A DNA stretch of 64,000 nt from Alphaproteobacteria bacterium (GCA_965200495.1 CBDAUG010000001.1:2324885-2388884); one strand, 5' to 3'. Counted from the first letter of the stretch, positions 36,154-45,790 are shown. Translations and numbers: made by a program. Notes: generated from the letters alone by a model not told the origin.

Positions 36154-36769
36154 CGCGGAACGTCTCTTCCATGGCCGAGCGCACCGCATCGCCGTCAACC
36201 TCGACACCGAGTGCCGCCAGGGAGGTCACGCCATGAGATCTGACGCCGCATGGCACGATACGTGAATAGGGAGCGAGATCAGGGGCGCGGTTGATGCTGA
36301 CGCCATGAAACGTCACCCAGCGGCGCACGCGTATGCCGATGGCCGCGATCTTGTTCTCCCGGCCGCAGGAGTCGACCACCCAGACCCCGATACGGTCCGC
36401 TCGGCACACACCTTCAACCCCGAAACGCGCCAGCGTCCGGATCAACCAGGTTTCAAGGTCGGCGACAAAGGCATGCAGATCGCGTCCCCGGCGGGCGAGA
36501 TCGAGCATGACGTAGGCAATCTGCTGACCTGGCCCATGCCATGTATAGCGACCGCCGCGCCCGGCAGGAAAGACCGGGATGTCTCCGGCATCGATGAGCT
36601 CGTCCTTGCGCGCGCTCGTTCCCGCCGTGAAGAGGCTCGGGTGTTCGAGCAGCCACACCGTTTCCGGCGCCTCGCCGGCGCGAATGCCGGCAGCCGTCTC
36701 TTCCATGGCCCGCACCGCATCCGGATACGCCACCGGCCGTTCACTCACCTTCCAGCAAACAGATGTCAT
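36128..36769 (-). CDS. lipB: lipoyl(octanoyl) transferase
   Basis: 213 aa with a LipB-like pattern (WLLEHPSLFTAG...GRGGRYTWHGPGQ...KIAAIGIRV). Confidence 0.88.
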   Translation of the reverse strand: MTSVCWKVSERPVAYPDAVRAMEETAAGIRAGEAPETVWLLEHPSLFTAGTSARKDELIDAGDIPVFPAGRGGRYTWHGPGQQIAYVMLDLARRGRDLHAFVADLETWLIRTLARFGVEGVCRADRIGVWVVDSCGRENKIAAIGIRVRRWVTFHGVSINRAPDLAPYSRIVPCGVRSHGVTSLAALGVEVDGDAVRSAMEETFRDVFTDMDR

Positions 36770-37151
36770 GGAAGCCAGCCTAGCAGATCACCCCCATAAC
36801 CCGGAACCCGGCCTCTCCTGGCGCTCCTGAACCGCCGCCGACAATGCGACGACTGATGGTCCGGTCGGGTGGTGATCGAAGGACGTTTCGTCCTGTTTTG
36901 CCGGGATTCGTGGCTGCGGGGCCGACCACGCCCCGGTGCCGGCCGATTCGTTTTCGCGATCATGTGCCCTGGCGGTGGCGCCCGCCCGGATGCTCATCAC
37001 TCAGGGCTGGGCCAGGACGGCGATGGCTGCGCTACGGCAGAGCCGCAGCCGACGGCGAGACTCTCCGCTTCGCGGCGGCTGGCGAAGACCACTTGAGAGC
37101 GCTATGGTATCGAGGCTGCCCCGGTGCCCCTATAGCCATGGAGAGAACGTC

Positions 37152-37930
37152 ATGAACGTGACAATATTGCCCCCAATGCCATTTGCCCCCCCCGGAATTC
37201 TGGCAAACGGCCGCTGACGCTCGTCGCCGCCACGCTGGCGGTACTGACACTGGCTGCCCCCACCTTCGCCCAGACGCCGACGGCTGAAATGCGCAATTTT
37301 CTCATTGGTGAATGCGCTGGAAGTACATGCGCAGAGAACATCACGGCCTGTCCGCGCCAGATCAGTGTGAGGTTACGCCCACCTCCGACGACGGACACAG
37401 AAGTGCGCCTCATCGCCCTGACGCGCTCCGGCCACAACCGGCTCTACGACTATGGTGTGCCAGTCTATGTGGACGAAACAGACACCCGGATGATCCGTTC
37501 CAGCACGATGGTGACCATACCGGCCGGAGACTCAAGTTTTTGGCCCTCTAACATCTGCTGGAGAAACGACCACCTCGTCACCGGCGACAGCGAGGTCGAG
37601 ATCGTCATCGTCGGCGGGGCGGGCTACCGGGTGGACCCGGCGCGAAACAGCCTGGTCTTCACCATCATCGAGGATGATGACTGCGCCAATCCGGGCAATC
37701 ACACGGTCTACGTGCCGGTGGGCGGCAACATGAACAATACCTGCGTCTGCCGGACCCGTGCGGTGGCGGCGGAACTGTATCCGGGATCGGTTCAGCAGGC
37801 CGACGGTCAGGACTGGGATCACACCATCGATGATTACTACGTCACGATCAACGGCAACCGCTCCCTGCGCTCGTCCACGGACTATTCGAACTACTGTCCG
37901 GAATCGCCCTATCAGGGGCCGGGGACCTGA
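37152..37930 (+). CDS. cysteine-rich secreted protein of unknown function; the SD+ATG (37152) is out of frame with the signal peptide and mature region across a poly-C(8) tract
   Basis: The continuous frame from 37136 encodes KRPLTLVAATLAVLTLAAPTFA/QTP (a Sec signal) plus a 213-aa Cys-rich lower-GC body (the tracked ORF 37289-37930). The only ATG with an SD (GGAGA-8nt-ATG 37152) is in the +1 frame upstream of C8. Confidence 0.5.
37186..37193 (+). repeat. homopolymeric C(8) tract inside the 5' coding region (candidate slipped-strand phase-variation site)
   Basis: tttgCCCCCCCCggaatt. A tract of 9 or 6 C would fuse ATG 37152 to the signal-peptide frame. Confidence 0.6.
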
Positions 37931-37948
37931 GCGCAGACCAGGTCTGAC

Positions 37949-37978
37949 GCAAGGGGCGACCGGTGGGCCGCCCCTTGC
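37949..37978 (+). terminator. GC-rich hairpin after the secreted-protein gene (gcaaggggcg-N10-cgccccttgc), no U tract
   Basis: 10-bp perfect stem 19 nt after the stop codon. Confidence 0.35.
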
Positions 37979-38382
37979 CTGTCGACCAGGGCCTTGCCAC
38001 GCGACGGTGATCGTGTCGTTTGGCGGTCAGGATCGCGTACCGGGATCGTCAGCGGTGCCTGTACGGACACCGCCGGTAGCGGCTTTCCGGACCGGTGTGG
38101 CGCGGCTGGCAGTCAGGAAAAACCAGCCGGGGTGAACCTCAGGGTCATCCCATGCTCGTTCTTCTTGACAGCGAACCATCCCCCGGCCCGGAAGCCTGGA
38201 AAACGAATCGCCTTTCAAGCCCGAAAGAAGCCGTTTCGGCGCTCGAACGCCCATCGCTGACGGTAACGCCTTGATGCCTCATCCGGCTGCCAAAGGGCAC
38301 GTTCACCGTAGCGTGGGAAAGTCCTGACCTCGTCTTGCGGCGTCTTGGAGGATTGGCTATAGGTGCGGATCTGCCCGTCAAT

Positions 38383-38469
38383 GCGGTCGTGGCGGAATTG
38401 GTAGACGCGCAGCGTTGAGGGCGCTGTGGGCGAGAGCCCGTGGAAGTTCGAGTCTTCTCGACCGCACCA
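38383..38469 (+). tRNA. tRNA-Leu (anticodon GAG), 87 nt, CCA encoded
   Basis: Acceptor stem gcggtcg/cgaccgc. The D-arm GGCGGAATTGGTAGACGCG is identical to E. coli tRNA-Leu. Anticodon stem cagcg/cgctg with loop ttGAGgg. Long variable arm. T-loop TTCGAGT. 3' ACCA. Confidence 0.9.
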
Positions 38470-38500
38470 TTTCAGCACGCGCACCCAGGGGACGTGTGCC

Positions 38501-39876
38501 ATGACCCATGCATCATTCCCGGCAACCCAGGATCTCCACGGGCTGAATCCCGCCCTCCTTCGGGCGATCATCGATGCTGTTGATGCTGAGGATCTCGTGC
38601 GTCTCGAAGCGCTGGTGGTTCCCCTGCATGCTGCCGACAAGGCGGATCTCCTCGAACAGATGGGCGCCGCACAGCGCCGCATCGTGATCGAGGCTCTTGG
38701 TCAGGAGATCGACGCCGAGATCCTTCCCGATCTCGATGACGCTGTTCTCGGCGACATACGCAAGGAACTCGGCCTTGAGACCTTTGGCCGGCTGGTGGGC
38801 AGGCTCAATTCGGATGATGCCGTCGACGTTGTTTCCGACCTTGACGACACAGTCCGCCGGGAAGTGCTCTGGATGCGGTACCGGCGCCCGAACGCCGGGT
38901 GGTGGAGCAGGGACTCACCTTTCCTGAAGACAGCGCCGGACGTCTCATGCGCCGCGATGTCGTGGCGCTGCCGGTGTTCTGGAACGTCGGTCAGACCATC
39001 GACCATCTGAGAGGTGCAGGCGATCTCCCCGATGAGTTCTATGCCGTCCTTGTCGTCGATCCCGGTCACCGGCCCCTGGGTGTCATCGCCCTGGCAACGC
39101 TGATTCGCAGTGACCGTCAGGTTCGACTGACCTCACTCGTCGAGGGTGATCCCCTGACCGTGAAGGCCGACACCGACCAGGAAGAGGTTTCCTGGCTCTT
39201 CCAGCAGTACGGGCTTTCCGAGGTGGCTGTCGTCGACGACAACGACCGGTTGCTGGGCACCATCACCTTCGACGACATGGTGGACGTGTTGAGCGAGGAA
39301 TCCGAGGAGGATGTGCTGCGCCTTGCCGGCGTGGCCGGCACCGACCTCAATCAGGGGGTCATCGACACCACGCGCAAGCGCTTCTGGTGGCTCTTCATCA
39401 ACCTTGGGACCGCCGTCATGGCGTCCATGGTCATCGGCATCTTCGAAGGCACGATCAGGGAAATCGTTGCCCTTGCGGTCCTCATGCCTATCGTCGCCTC
39501 GATGGGGGGCAATGCCGGGACCCAGACGATGACGGTGGCGGTGCGGGCCCTGGCGACACGCGATCTCACCCGGGCCAATGGCGTGCGGGTGATTGCCAAG
39601 GAGATTCTGGTCGGCGCCCTGAACGGCATCCTGTTTGCCTCCATCACCGGGCTGGTCGCCTGGGTATGGTTCCAGAGTCCCATGCTCGGCGCCGTCATCG
39701 CCATGGCCATGGTGGCCAACCTCGCAGTCGCCGGATTCATCGGCGCCGCCATACCTCTGGTGCTCGACAGGTTCGGTATCGATCCCGCAGTTGCCGCGAG
39801 CATCCTGCTCACCACGGTGACGGATATCGTGGGCTTTTTCGTCTTCCTCGCCCTGGGAGTCATGTTCCTGATCTGA
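38501..39876 (+). pseudogene. mgtE: magnesium transporter MgtE, interrupted by a -1 frameshift near 38868
   Basis: The N-terminal domain lies in the frame of ORF 38426-39010. The CBS pair and TM domain lie in ORF 38899-39876. The expected ...RREVLDAVPAPERRVVEQGLTFPEDSAGRLM reads across the two frames. Confidence 0.8.
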
Positions 39877-39927
39877 GGCGCCGGGGAGCGCGTGTCAGGT
39901 GGGCCCGGTCACGTATCGGATGCGGCG

Positions 39928-40884
39928 TCAGGTGTTCTGGAGGATACGGGCGAAAACGTTGCGGTCGATGTTGCCGCCCGACAGCACGAGAACGACCTTA
40001 CGTCCGGCCATGCGGTCGCGCTCACGCAAGAGGGCTGCCAGGGGTGCGGCGCCGGCACCCTCGGCCACGTTGTGGGTGTCGGTAAAGTAATGCCGCATGG
40101 CAGCAGCGATATCGTCCTCGCTCGTGGTGACGATGCGCTCGGCGCCTGCATTGATCTCGCCTACCGCATCATCGTGAGGCACACGCACCGCCATGCCGTC
40201 GGCGATGGTGTCGCAATGGTTGGTGGTCACGGGTGCGCCGGTGGCAAAGGAACGGGCATAGCAGGGGGCGTTGTCGGCCACCACGCCAACCACGGCGGCG
40301 CCGGACGCCAACGCATCGCGCGCCCTCAGGGTGCCGCACAGGCCCGAGCCCAGACCGATCGGCACATAGACCGTGTCGATGTCGTCGTGACGTCGGAAGA
40401 TCTCGAGGCCGTAGCTTGCGACACCGCAGACAAGGTCGTCGTGGAACGAAGCCAGCATGTGAAGTCCGTGGCGCGCGGCAAGATCCCGCGCGTGAACCAG
40501 GGCCTCCTGAAAATCGCGTCCATGTTCGATCAATGTCGCACCAAGTGCGCACATCGCTCTGTTTTTTTCGACAGAATTTCCGTAAGGCACGACGATGGTT
40601 GCCGGGATGCCCGAGAGACCGGCGGCAAGGGCGACACTCTGGCCGTGGTTGCCGCGGGTTGCCGCGATGACCCCTGGAACGTCGCCTTCGCGCGCCTTGA
40701 GCCTCTCCATGTAGACGAGCCCGCCGCGAATCTTGAAGGCTCCGATCCGGGTGTGGTTTTCGTGCTTGACCCAGACTTCGGCGCCGCTGCGCCGACTGAG
40801 CAGCGGCCAGTGGTGAAGAGGGGTTTCGTCAACGTGGCGGCGCACCAGCCGCTCGGCCGATAACAGGACATCAAGAGAGGTCAT
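39928..40884 (-). CDS. PLP-dependent serine/threonine dehydratase family protein
   Basis: 318 aa. The PLP-lysine region reads ...ENHTRIGAFKIRGG. It has the fold-type II pattern. Confidence 0.8.
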   Translation of the reverse strand: MTSLDVLLSAERLVRRHVDETPLHHWPLLSRRSGAEVWVKHENHTRIGAFKIRGGLVYMERLKAREGDVPGVIAATRGNHGQSVALAAGLSGIPATIVVPYGNSVEKNRAMCALGATLIEHGRDFQEALVHARDLAARHGLHMLASFHDDLVCGVASYGLEIFRRHDDIDTVYVPIGLGSGLCGTLRARDALASGAAVVGVVADNAPCYARSFATGAPVTTNHCDTIADGMAVRVPHDDAVGEINAGAERIVTTSEDDIAAAMRHYFTDTHNVAEGAGAAPLAALLRERDRMAGRKVVLVLSGGNIDRNVFARILQNT

Positions 40885-42173
40885 GCATGATGTTCCGCCA
40901 TGATGGCATCGAGAGCCGTGGTCAGGCGGTCCACTTCGTCTGGCGTGTTGTAGTGAACGAGTGAACAGCGAACGACGCCGTCGGCGGGATCGATTCCCCT
41001 GGCCTCCAGAACCCTCGGGGCATAGAAATCACCGGCGCCGGCAACGATGCCGCGGGACTCAAGAAGGGCGGGAAGCTGCTGGCTCGCCATGCCGTCGACG
41101 GTGAAGCTGAATGTGGGCGCCCTGCCGGCGTTGTCGGCCTGCCGGCGGCCGACAAGACGAATCCGGGGGCGGTCTGCAGCCCACGCCAGGAACCGGCCGC
41201 AGAGAACAGCTTCATGATTCCGGATCAGGTTGAAGACCTGGCGATAGCGGATGACCGGATCGCCGGCAGGCTCGTCGAGATGATGCCCGGCCAGGGCGTC
41301 GAGATAGGTACCGACTCCGGCTGTTGCCGCTGTCAGCTCGTGATTGGGCGCCCCGGGGTTGAGCTTGAGCGGGATATCGCCCTCGCCATGAAAATGGAAG
41401 TACTGCCCGGGCAATGCGAGAAGATGCTCCCGCTTCCCGTACATGACGCCAAGATGTGGTCCGAAGGTCTTGTAAAGACTGAACAGATAGTAATCGACAT
41501 CGAGCGCGCGGACATCGATGGACTCGTGTGGCGCCATCGCGACGCCGTCAACGCAGGCCCAGGCCCCGGCGGCATGCGCCATGGCGGCAATCTCACGCAC
41601 TGGATTGGGGCCACCGGTAATGTTGGAGCAGTGGGAAAAGCACACCAGCCTTGTTCTTTCATTGAGCAGGGCCTCAAGGGAGCCCGTCTCCAGTTCCGCC
41701 GTCTCCGGATTGACCTGCCACTCCCTGATGACGAAGCCACACTCGCGAAGACGCCGCCAATGGTTGTTGTTGGCCTCGTGATCTAGGTTGGTGACGATGA
41801 TCTCGTCGTTCTGGCGAAGCCGGGAGCGCATGGCCATGGCCAGGGTCTGCACGTTGCGCGTCGTCGAGGGGCCGACGATCACCTCGTCGGCCGACGCGTT
41901 GAGCAAGGCGGCAGCCACCGCCTGACCGTCGGCCATGCGCTGTCGCGCGTCGCGCGCAATCGCTGCGTTGTCGCCGGGCTGGACCTGGCACTCGCTCATA
42001 TAGGCGCTGACCGCCTTGATCACCGTGTGGGGAACAAGACTGCCGCCGGCATTCTCCATGAAGGCCCACGAATCGTTGAGCGCAGGAAAGAAGGACCGGA
42101 CGTAACCGGTGTCGAGCGGGAGAGGGGCCACCTGAGATGTTCCTTGGCAATGGGGGCCGCCATGTCGCCACAA
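40881..42173 (-). CDS. class V aminotransferase-fold PLP enzyme (cysteine desulfurase/SufS-like)
   Basis: The N-terminus has the FPAL...FMENAGGS pattern. A HCSNITG segment follows. 430-aa ORF. The true start may lie downstream of 42173. Confidence 0.75.
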   Translation of the reverse strand: MWRHGGPHCQGTSQVAPLPLDTGYVRSFFPALNDSWAFMENAGGSLVPHTVIKAVSAYMSECQVQPGDNAAIARDARQRMADGQAVAAALLNASADEVIVGPSTTRNVQTLAMAMRSRLRQNDEIIVTNLDHEANNNHWRRLRECGFVIREWQVNPETAELETGSLEALLNERTRLVCFSHCSNITGGPNPVREIAAMAHAAGAWACVDGVAMAPHESIDVRALDVDYYLFSLYKTFGPHLGVMYGKREHLLALPGQYFHFHGEGDIPLKLNPGAPNHELTAATAGVGTYLDALAGHHLDEPAGDPVIRYRQVFNLIRNHEAVLCGRFLAWAADRPRIRLVGRRQADNAGRAPTFSFTVDGMASQQLPALLESRGIVAGAGDFYAPRVLEARGIDPADGVVRCSLVHYNTPDEVDRLTTALDAIMAEHHA

Positions 42174-42451
42174 CAGTCACGCAACATCAAGAGTCTTGCC
42201 GCCACACCCGCACGTCCACGGCCCGGTTCAACGCCTCCTCCGCCCTGGAACGGCGCTCCTCGATCAGGCCCTGGAGGCCCGCGACATCCGCGGCGCGGAG
42301 CGTGTGCAAGCCAATCTTCTCGCCCTGCGGGCTCTTGATCCCGACCCCCAACTCTTCCGGCTGATCTCGATCGCGCCATACACTGTGGTAGCCTCGGCAC
42401 CGGTCAGTGCCGCGGGGTCGATCCCTGGGGACATCGTGAGGTCTCCTCTTC

Positions 42452-43300
42452 ATGAGTGAAAGGACGGCACTGTCGCGCCGACCGCACAGCGGCCCTCATA
42501 GGATCTATGACCACCATTGCTTCCTGCCGCTCTTTGTCACCTGCGGCGAGCACGTCCTGTGCTGCCGCTTGCGGACGGCTGACAGGGGCGCGGCGGATGG
42601 CTCGCTTGAGGAGCTGTCGCGGATCGTGGCGCAGATCCGTTGCGCGTGGCCCTCGACCCGGATCATGGCCCGCGGCGATACCGGCTTCGGCAAGGACGAG
42701 ATCATGGTCTGGTGCGAGGCGCATGGCGTCGACTATGTCTTTGGATATCCCCAGAACACCCGGCTGAACGCCATGATCGCGAGGACGCTCGAGAGGTCGA
42801 GGCGGCGCTGCCTGGTGTCGGGCAAGGCCTCCAGGCGGTACCGGGACCTGCGGTATCGCACACGCACCTCACGGTCCCGCGCGCGCCGCGTGGTGGCCAA
42901 GGCCGCATGGCTGTAAGGGACTGCGCGGCAAGAACGCCCGCTACGTGGTGACGAACATCTCGAGGAAGAAGGGGACTCATCGGCCGCGTGCTCGACGCCG
43001 AGCAGGTGCAGGCCGTGTGCGCCGGCTTCGGTCTCGACGGCGGTCCCGCCATGACCGGCGCGGAGGCCTTCGAGGCCGTCATGGGACGCGGCAACGCGCT
43101 CTCCCTCGCCAACGGCTGGCGGCTCGCCCGCCGCCGGCTCATGGGCGCCGACCGCATCAAGATCGAGGGGCCGGCCGACACCGACCTGCCGGCGCTGCGG
43201 CGAGTGGGGTGCACGGTTGAGATCGTCTCGTTCCGCGCCCGGATGTTCACGCCCAACGCCGGCGCTATGGGACGCATCCTCGACCGCTGGCCGCTCGCCG
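42452..43300 (+). mobile_element. IS1380-family transposase remnant (middle portion only, multiple frameshifts)
   Basis: ...WPSTRIMARGDTGFGKDEIMVWCEAHGVDYVFGY... and RYRDLRYRTRTSRSRARRVVAKA | GKNARYVVTNISRKKG in a shifted frame. The N-terminal third is missing. Confidence 0.7.
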
Positions 43301-43425
43301 CCTGATCCTTGCCCGTGCCGCCGGCCCGCCGTCATCGACGGGCCCGGCGCTTCCACCGTCGGCGCGGGCGGGATAGACAGTCTCGACGCGCCGGCCCCGC
43401 ATTCCCGACAAAGGATAACGCCGCC

Positions 43426-43695
43426 ATGACCGCGCAGACCCTGCCGGACTGCCCGAACTTCTGCTTCGTGCCGGCCTACGATGTCGAGACCGACGTGCAG
43501 CAGATCCGCATCGTGATAGAAGACCTGGCCGGACACGTTCCGACCGCGCTCATCGCGCTCACGCTCGAAGATGCCCAGTCTATCTGCGACAAGCTGAACC
43601 GGAGGCTCGGCTACGATCGCGAGGCCTGGACCGCCATGGCCGCCTCCTCCATGCGCGCCGAGGACGATGATCCCGAGAGCAATCCCTGGCACTGA
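43426..43695 (+). CDS. hypothetical protein (89 aa)
   Basis: AAGGA-N10-ATG start. The product begins MTAQTLPDCPNFCFVPAYDVETDVQQIRIVIEDLAGH. No family was recognised. Confidence 0.45.
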   Translation: MTAQTLPDCPNFCFVPAYDVETDVQQIRIVIEDLAGHVPTALIALTLEDAQSICDKLNRRLGYDREAWTAMAASSMRAEDDDPESNPWH

Positions 43696-43754
43696 TGCGC
43701 CGATCTGCTTGTCCGAGTATGGCGAAACCCCTATAGTGCGGAGATGGCAGCGGC

Positions 43755-44111
43755 ATGATGAAACCGGTCGAATGGGTCGGCTCCAGCAAGGCGGATCTGA
43801 AGCGATTCCCGGACCCCGTACAGAACCGCATGGGGTTTGCGATCTACCGCGCCCAGCTCGGACGCCAACATCGGGACGCGAAGCCGCTGAAGGGCTCCGG
43901 CTCGGGTGTCGTGGAAGTCGTCGCGCGCCACGACAGCGACACCTTCAGGGCCGTCTACACGGTCCGGTTCGAGGCCGCCGTCTATGTCCTGCACGCCTTT
44001 CAGAAGAAGGCGAAGCGCGGCATCGCGACACCGAAACGGGAGCTCGACCTGGTCCGCCGCCGATTGCAGGTCGCCGAGCGGCATTATCGTGAAACCCATC
44101 GTGGAGACTGA
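43755..44111 (+). CDS. type II toxin, Gp49/HigB-like (RelE/ParE superfamily, PF05973-like)
   Basis: The product begins MMKPVEWVGSSKADLKRFPDPVQNRMGFAIYRAQLG. It contains VYVLHAFQKKAKRGIATPKRELDLVRRRL. Confidence 0.85.
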   Translation: MMKPVEWVGSSKADLKRFPDPVQNRMGFAIYRAQLGRQHRDAKPLKGSGSGVVEVVARHDSDTFRAVYTVRFEAAVYVLHAFQKKAKRGIATPKRELDLVRRRLQVAERHYRETHRGD

Positions 44112-44115
44112 CGCC

Positions 44116-44454
44116 ATGGAATCCAAAGATACCGCCGTCGAACGCGGCAGCGGCAATGTCTTCGCCGATCTCGGCTTTCCCGACGCCGACGCCCACATCG
44201 TCAAGGCCGAACTGGTCAGCCGCATCGACGACATCGTGCGCGACCGCGGCATCACCCAGACCGAGGCCGCACGGCTGCTCGGCCTGTCCCAGCCCGACGT
44301 GTCGCGGCTGCTGCGCGGCGACTTCCGCGAGTATTCGCTGGAGCGCCTGTTCCGACTGTTGACCGCGCTTGGGCGCGACATCGACATCGTTGTTCGCCAG
44401 CCGCGATCCGCGGAAGGCGGCAAGCTGCGCATCGCCGCCGCCGGACCCGCCTGA
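44116..44454 (+). CDS. HTH XRE-family antitoxin partner
   Basis: The product begins MESKDTAVERGSGNVFADLGFPDADAHIVKAELVSRI. It contains GITQTEAARLLGLSQPDVSRLLRG. Confidence 0.85.
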   Translation: MESKDTAVERGSGNVFADLGFPDADAHIVKAELVSRIDDIVRDRGITQTEAARLLGLSQPDVSRLLRGDFREYSLERLFRLLTALGRDIDIVVRQPRSAEGGKLRIAAAGPA

Positions 44455-44459
44455 CGCCC

Positions 44460-45030
44460 TGCAAGGGAACACCGCAGGGGGCGATTGTCTCGGCCTGCCT
44501 TGCGAACGTTTGCCTGCACCACGTGCTCGACGACTGATTCCACAACACATGGCGCAAGCGGATGGCCGGAGGCGACACCATCATCGTGCGGTACGCCGAT
44601 GACTTTGTGTGCGGCTTCCAGCATCCGGGCGATGCGAAGCGCTTCCTCCGGGACCTCGGGGAGAGGCTGGCCCATTATGGACTGGCACTGCATCCGGACA
44701 AGACCCGGCTCATCGAGTTCGGCAGGTTTGCGAGAGTGAACCGCCGCAAGCGGGGGCAGGGCAAGCCGGAGACGTTCGACGTCCTCGGCATGACGCATTT
44801 GTGCGATCAGTCGAGGACGGGCAAGTTCAGGGTCAGTCGCAAGCCCTCCCGGAAACGGGCGGGTCAGCCGCACCCTGCGGCGGATCAAGGAAGAGCTGCG
44901 CATGCGGTGGCACGACAACCGGCACAAGACGGCCAAGTGGATGGGGCGGGTCATCACCGGCTGGCTCAATTACTATGCCGTGCCGGGGAGCGGCCCGGAC
45001 TTGCAGAGGTTCCCATACCACTGCAGGTGA
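44460..45030 (+). pseudogene. group II intron reverse transcriptase/maturase remnant (5'-truncated: RT domains 4-7 plus X domain, frameshifted)
   Basis: QGNTAGG / SACLANVCLHHVLD ... IVRYADDFVCGF ... LALHPDKTRLIEF ... RRIKEELRMRWHDNRHKTAKWMGRVITGWLNYYAVPG, spread over three frames. Confidence 0.8.
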
Positions 45031-45162
45031 TGGCTTCTGCGTGCCCTTCGGCGACGGTCCCACGTGCGGCCTGCCTGCGTCGAAGCTGCGCCGGCCGCTC
45101 TCCGGCAGCGCGGGTCGTTTACCGGGTGGCGGAGACCGCGGCCCCGCGGGCGACGCAGCCGG

Positions 45163-45444
45163 TCAGAGACCGAGTTCGCTGTGCGAGCCGAGGCGCACGA
45201 GATCGAGGTGCTCGGCGTCGGGCCTGCCGTAGATCAGCACCAGGTCGGGCCGGACATGGCAGTCCCGGTGGTCCTTCCATTGCCCGCCAAGCGCGTGGTC
45301 GCGGTGGCGCGGCGCGAGCGCCCGGTCCTCCGCCAACTCGGCCACGACACGGGCCAACTCGGCGTCCATGGTCCTGGCGAAGCGGCCTCTCTTCTCGCGC
45401 CGGTAGTCCCGTTTGAAGGCCGCGGTCCGCCTAATCCTCCGCAT
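45163..45444 (-). CDS. yafQ: YafQ-family toxin (RelE superfamily)
   Basis: The product begins MRRIRRTAAFKRDYRREKRGRF. It contains RDHALGGQWKDHRDCHVRPDLVLIYGR and ends HLDLVRLGSHSELGL. Confidence 0.88.
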   Translation of the reverse strand: MRRIRRTAAFKRDYRREKRGRFARTMDAELARVVAELAEDRALAPRHRDHALGGQWKDHRDCHVRPDLVLIYGRPDAEHLDLVRLGSHSELGL

Positions 45445-45688
45445 GGAGGTCGGCCATCAGGCCGTCGACGTCGCCGACCGTGACCAGATCGCCCCGCCGC
45501 GCCGCCTCCATGGCCGCGACGGTCTCCGCGTTCGGCACCAGGGGCTCGAAGGGCAGGCGTTTCTCGGCCGCGATCCGCACCATCATCAGGCGGAAGGCGT
45601 CCGAGACGGTGAGGCCGATCGCGTCGAGCACGGCGGCGGCCTCCTCCTTGGTCTTCTCGTCGATGCGGGCCCGAACGACGGTATGCAT
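45431..45688 (-). CDS. dinJ: DinJ/RelB-family antitoxin
   Basis: The product begins MHTVVRARIDEKTKEEAAAVLDAIGLTVSDAFRLMMVRIAAEKRLPFEPL. It overlaps the yafQ start. Confidence 0.88.
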   Translation of the reverse strand: MHTVVRARIDEKTKEEAAAVLDAIGLTVSDAFRLMMVRIAAEKRLPFEPLVPNAETVAAMEAARRGDLVTVGDVDGLMADLHAED

Positions 45689-45790
45689 GCCTCGATCCCC
45701 CCTGTTGGGCCACAATGTAGCCTGTTCGGATCGGCGGTGTCCATGCCGCCAGCGGCAGCAGGCCCCGGCCCTGCTTCGCAGCGACCGCGA

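Noticed and set aside
36770-37150. Searched the lipB upstream / secreted-protein upstream spacer for tRNA, tmRNA or riboswitch-like structure
   Set aside because: No cloverleaf or conserved RNA motif found. Only the SD/ATG and the frame relationships described in the findings.
42187-42453. 88-aa minus-strand ORF (and overlapping 87-aa plus ORF) between the aminotransferase and the IS1380 fragment
   Set aside because: No family recognised, and the two strands have mutually overlapping ORFs. Left uncalled, though it could be a decayed regulator. Flagged within the island finding.
42733-43692. 319-aa minus-strand ORF opposite the IS1380 fragment and the 89-aa hypothetical
   Set aside because: No motifs, Gly/Arg/His-rich composition. 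The opposite strand carries recognisable IS1380 segments.
43731-44969. 412-aa minus-strand ORF spanning the Gp49-HTH pair and intron RT remnant
   Set aside because: The plus-strand genes have strong, specific family matches (Gp49/HigB, HTH_XRE, YADD/X-domain). The minus ORF is low-complexity Arg/Ala/Pro-rich.
45031-45165. Looked for group II intron domain V/VI downstream of the RT/X-domain remnant
   Set aside because: The only hairpin-like sequence (gccgag...ctcggc) lies inside the yafQ coding region and lacks the GNRA tetraloop and AGC triad.
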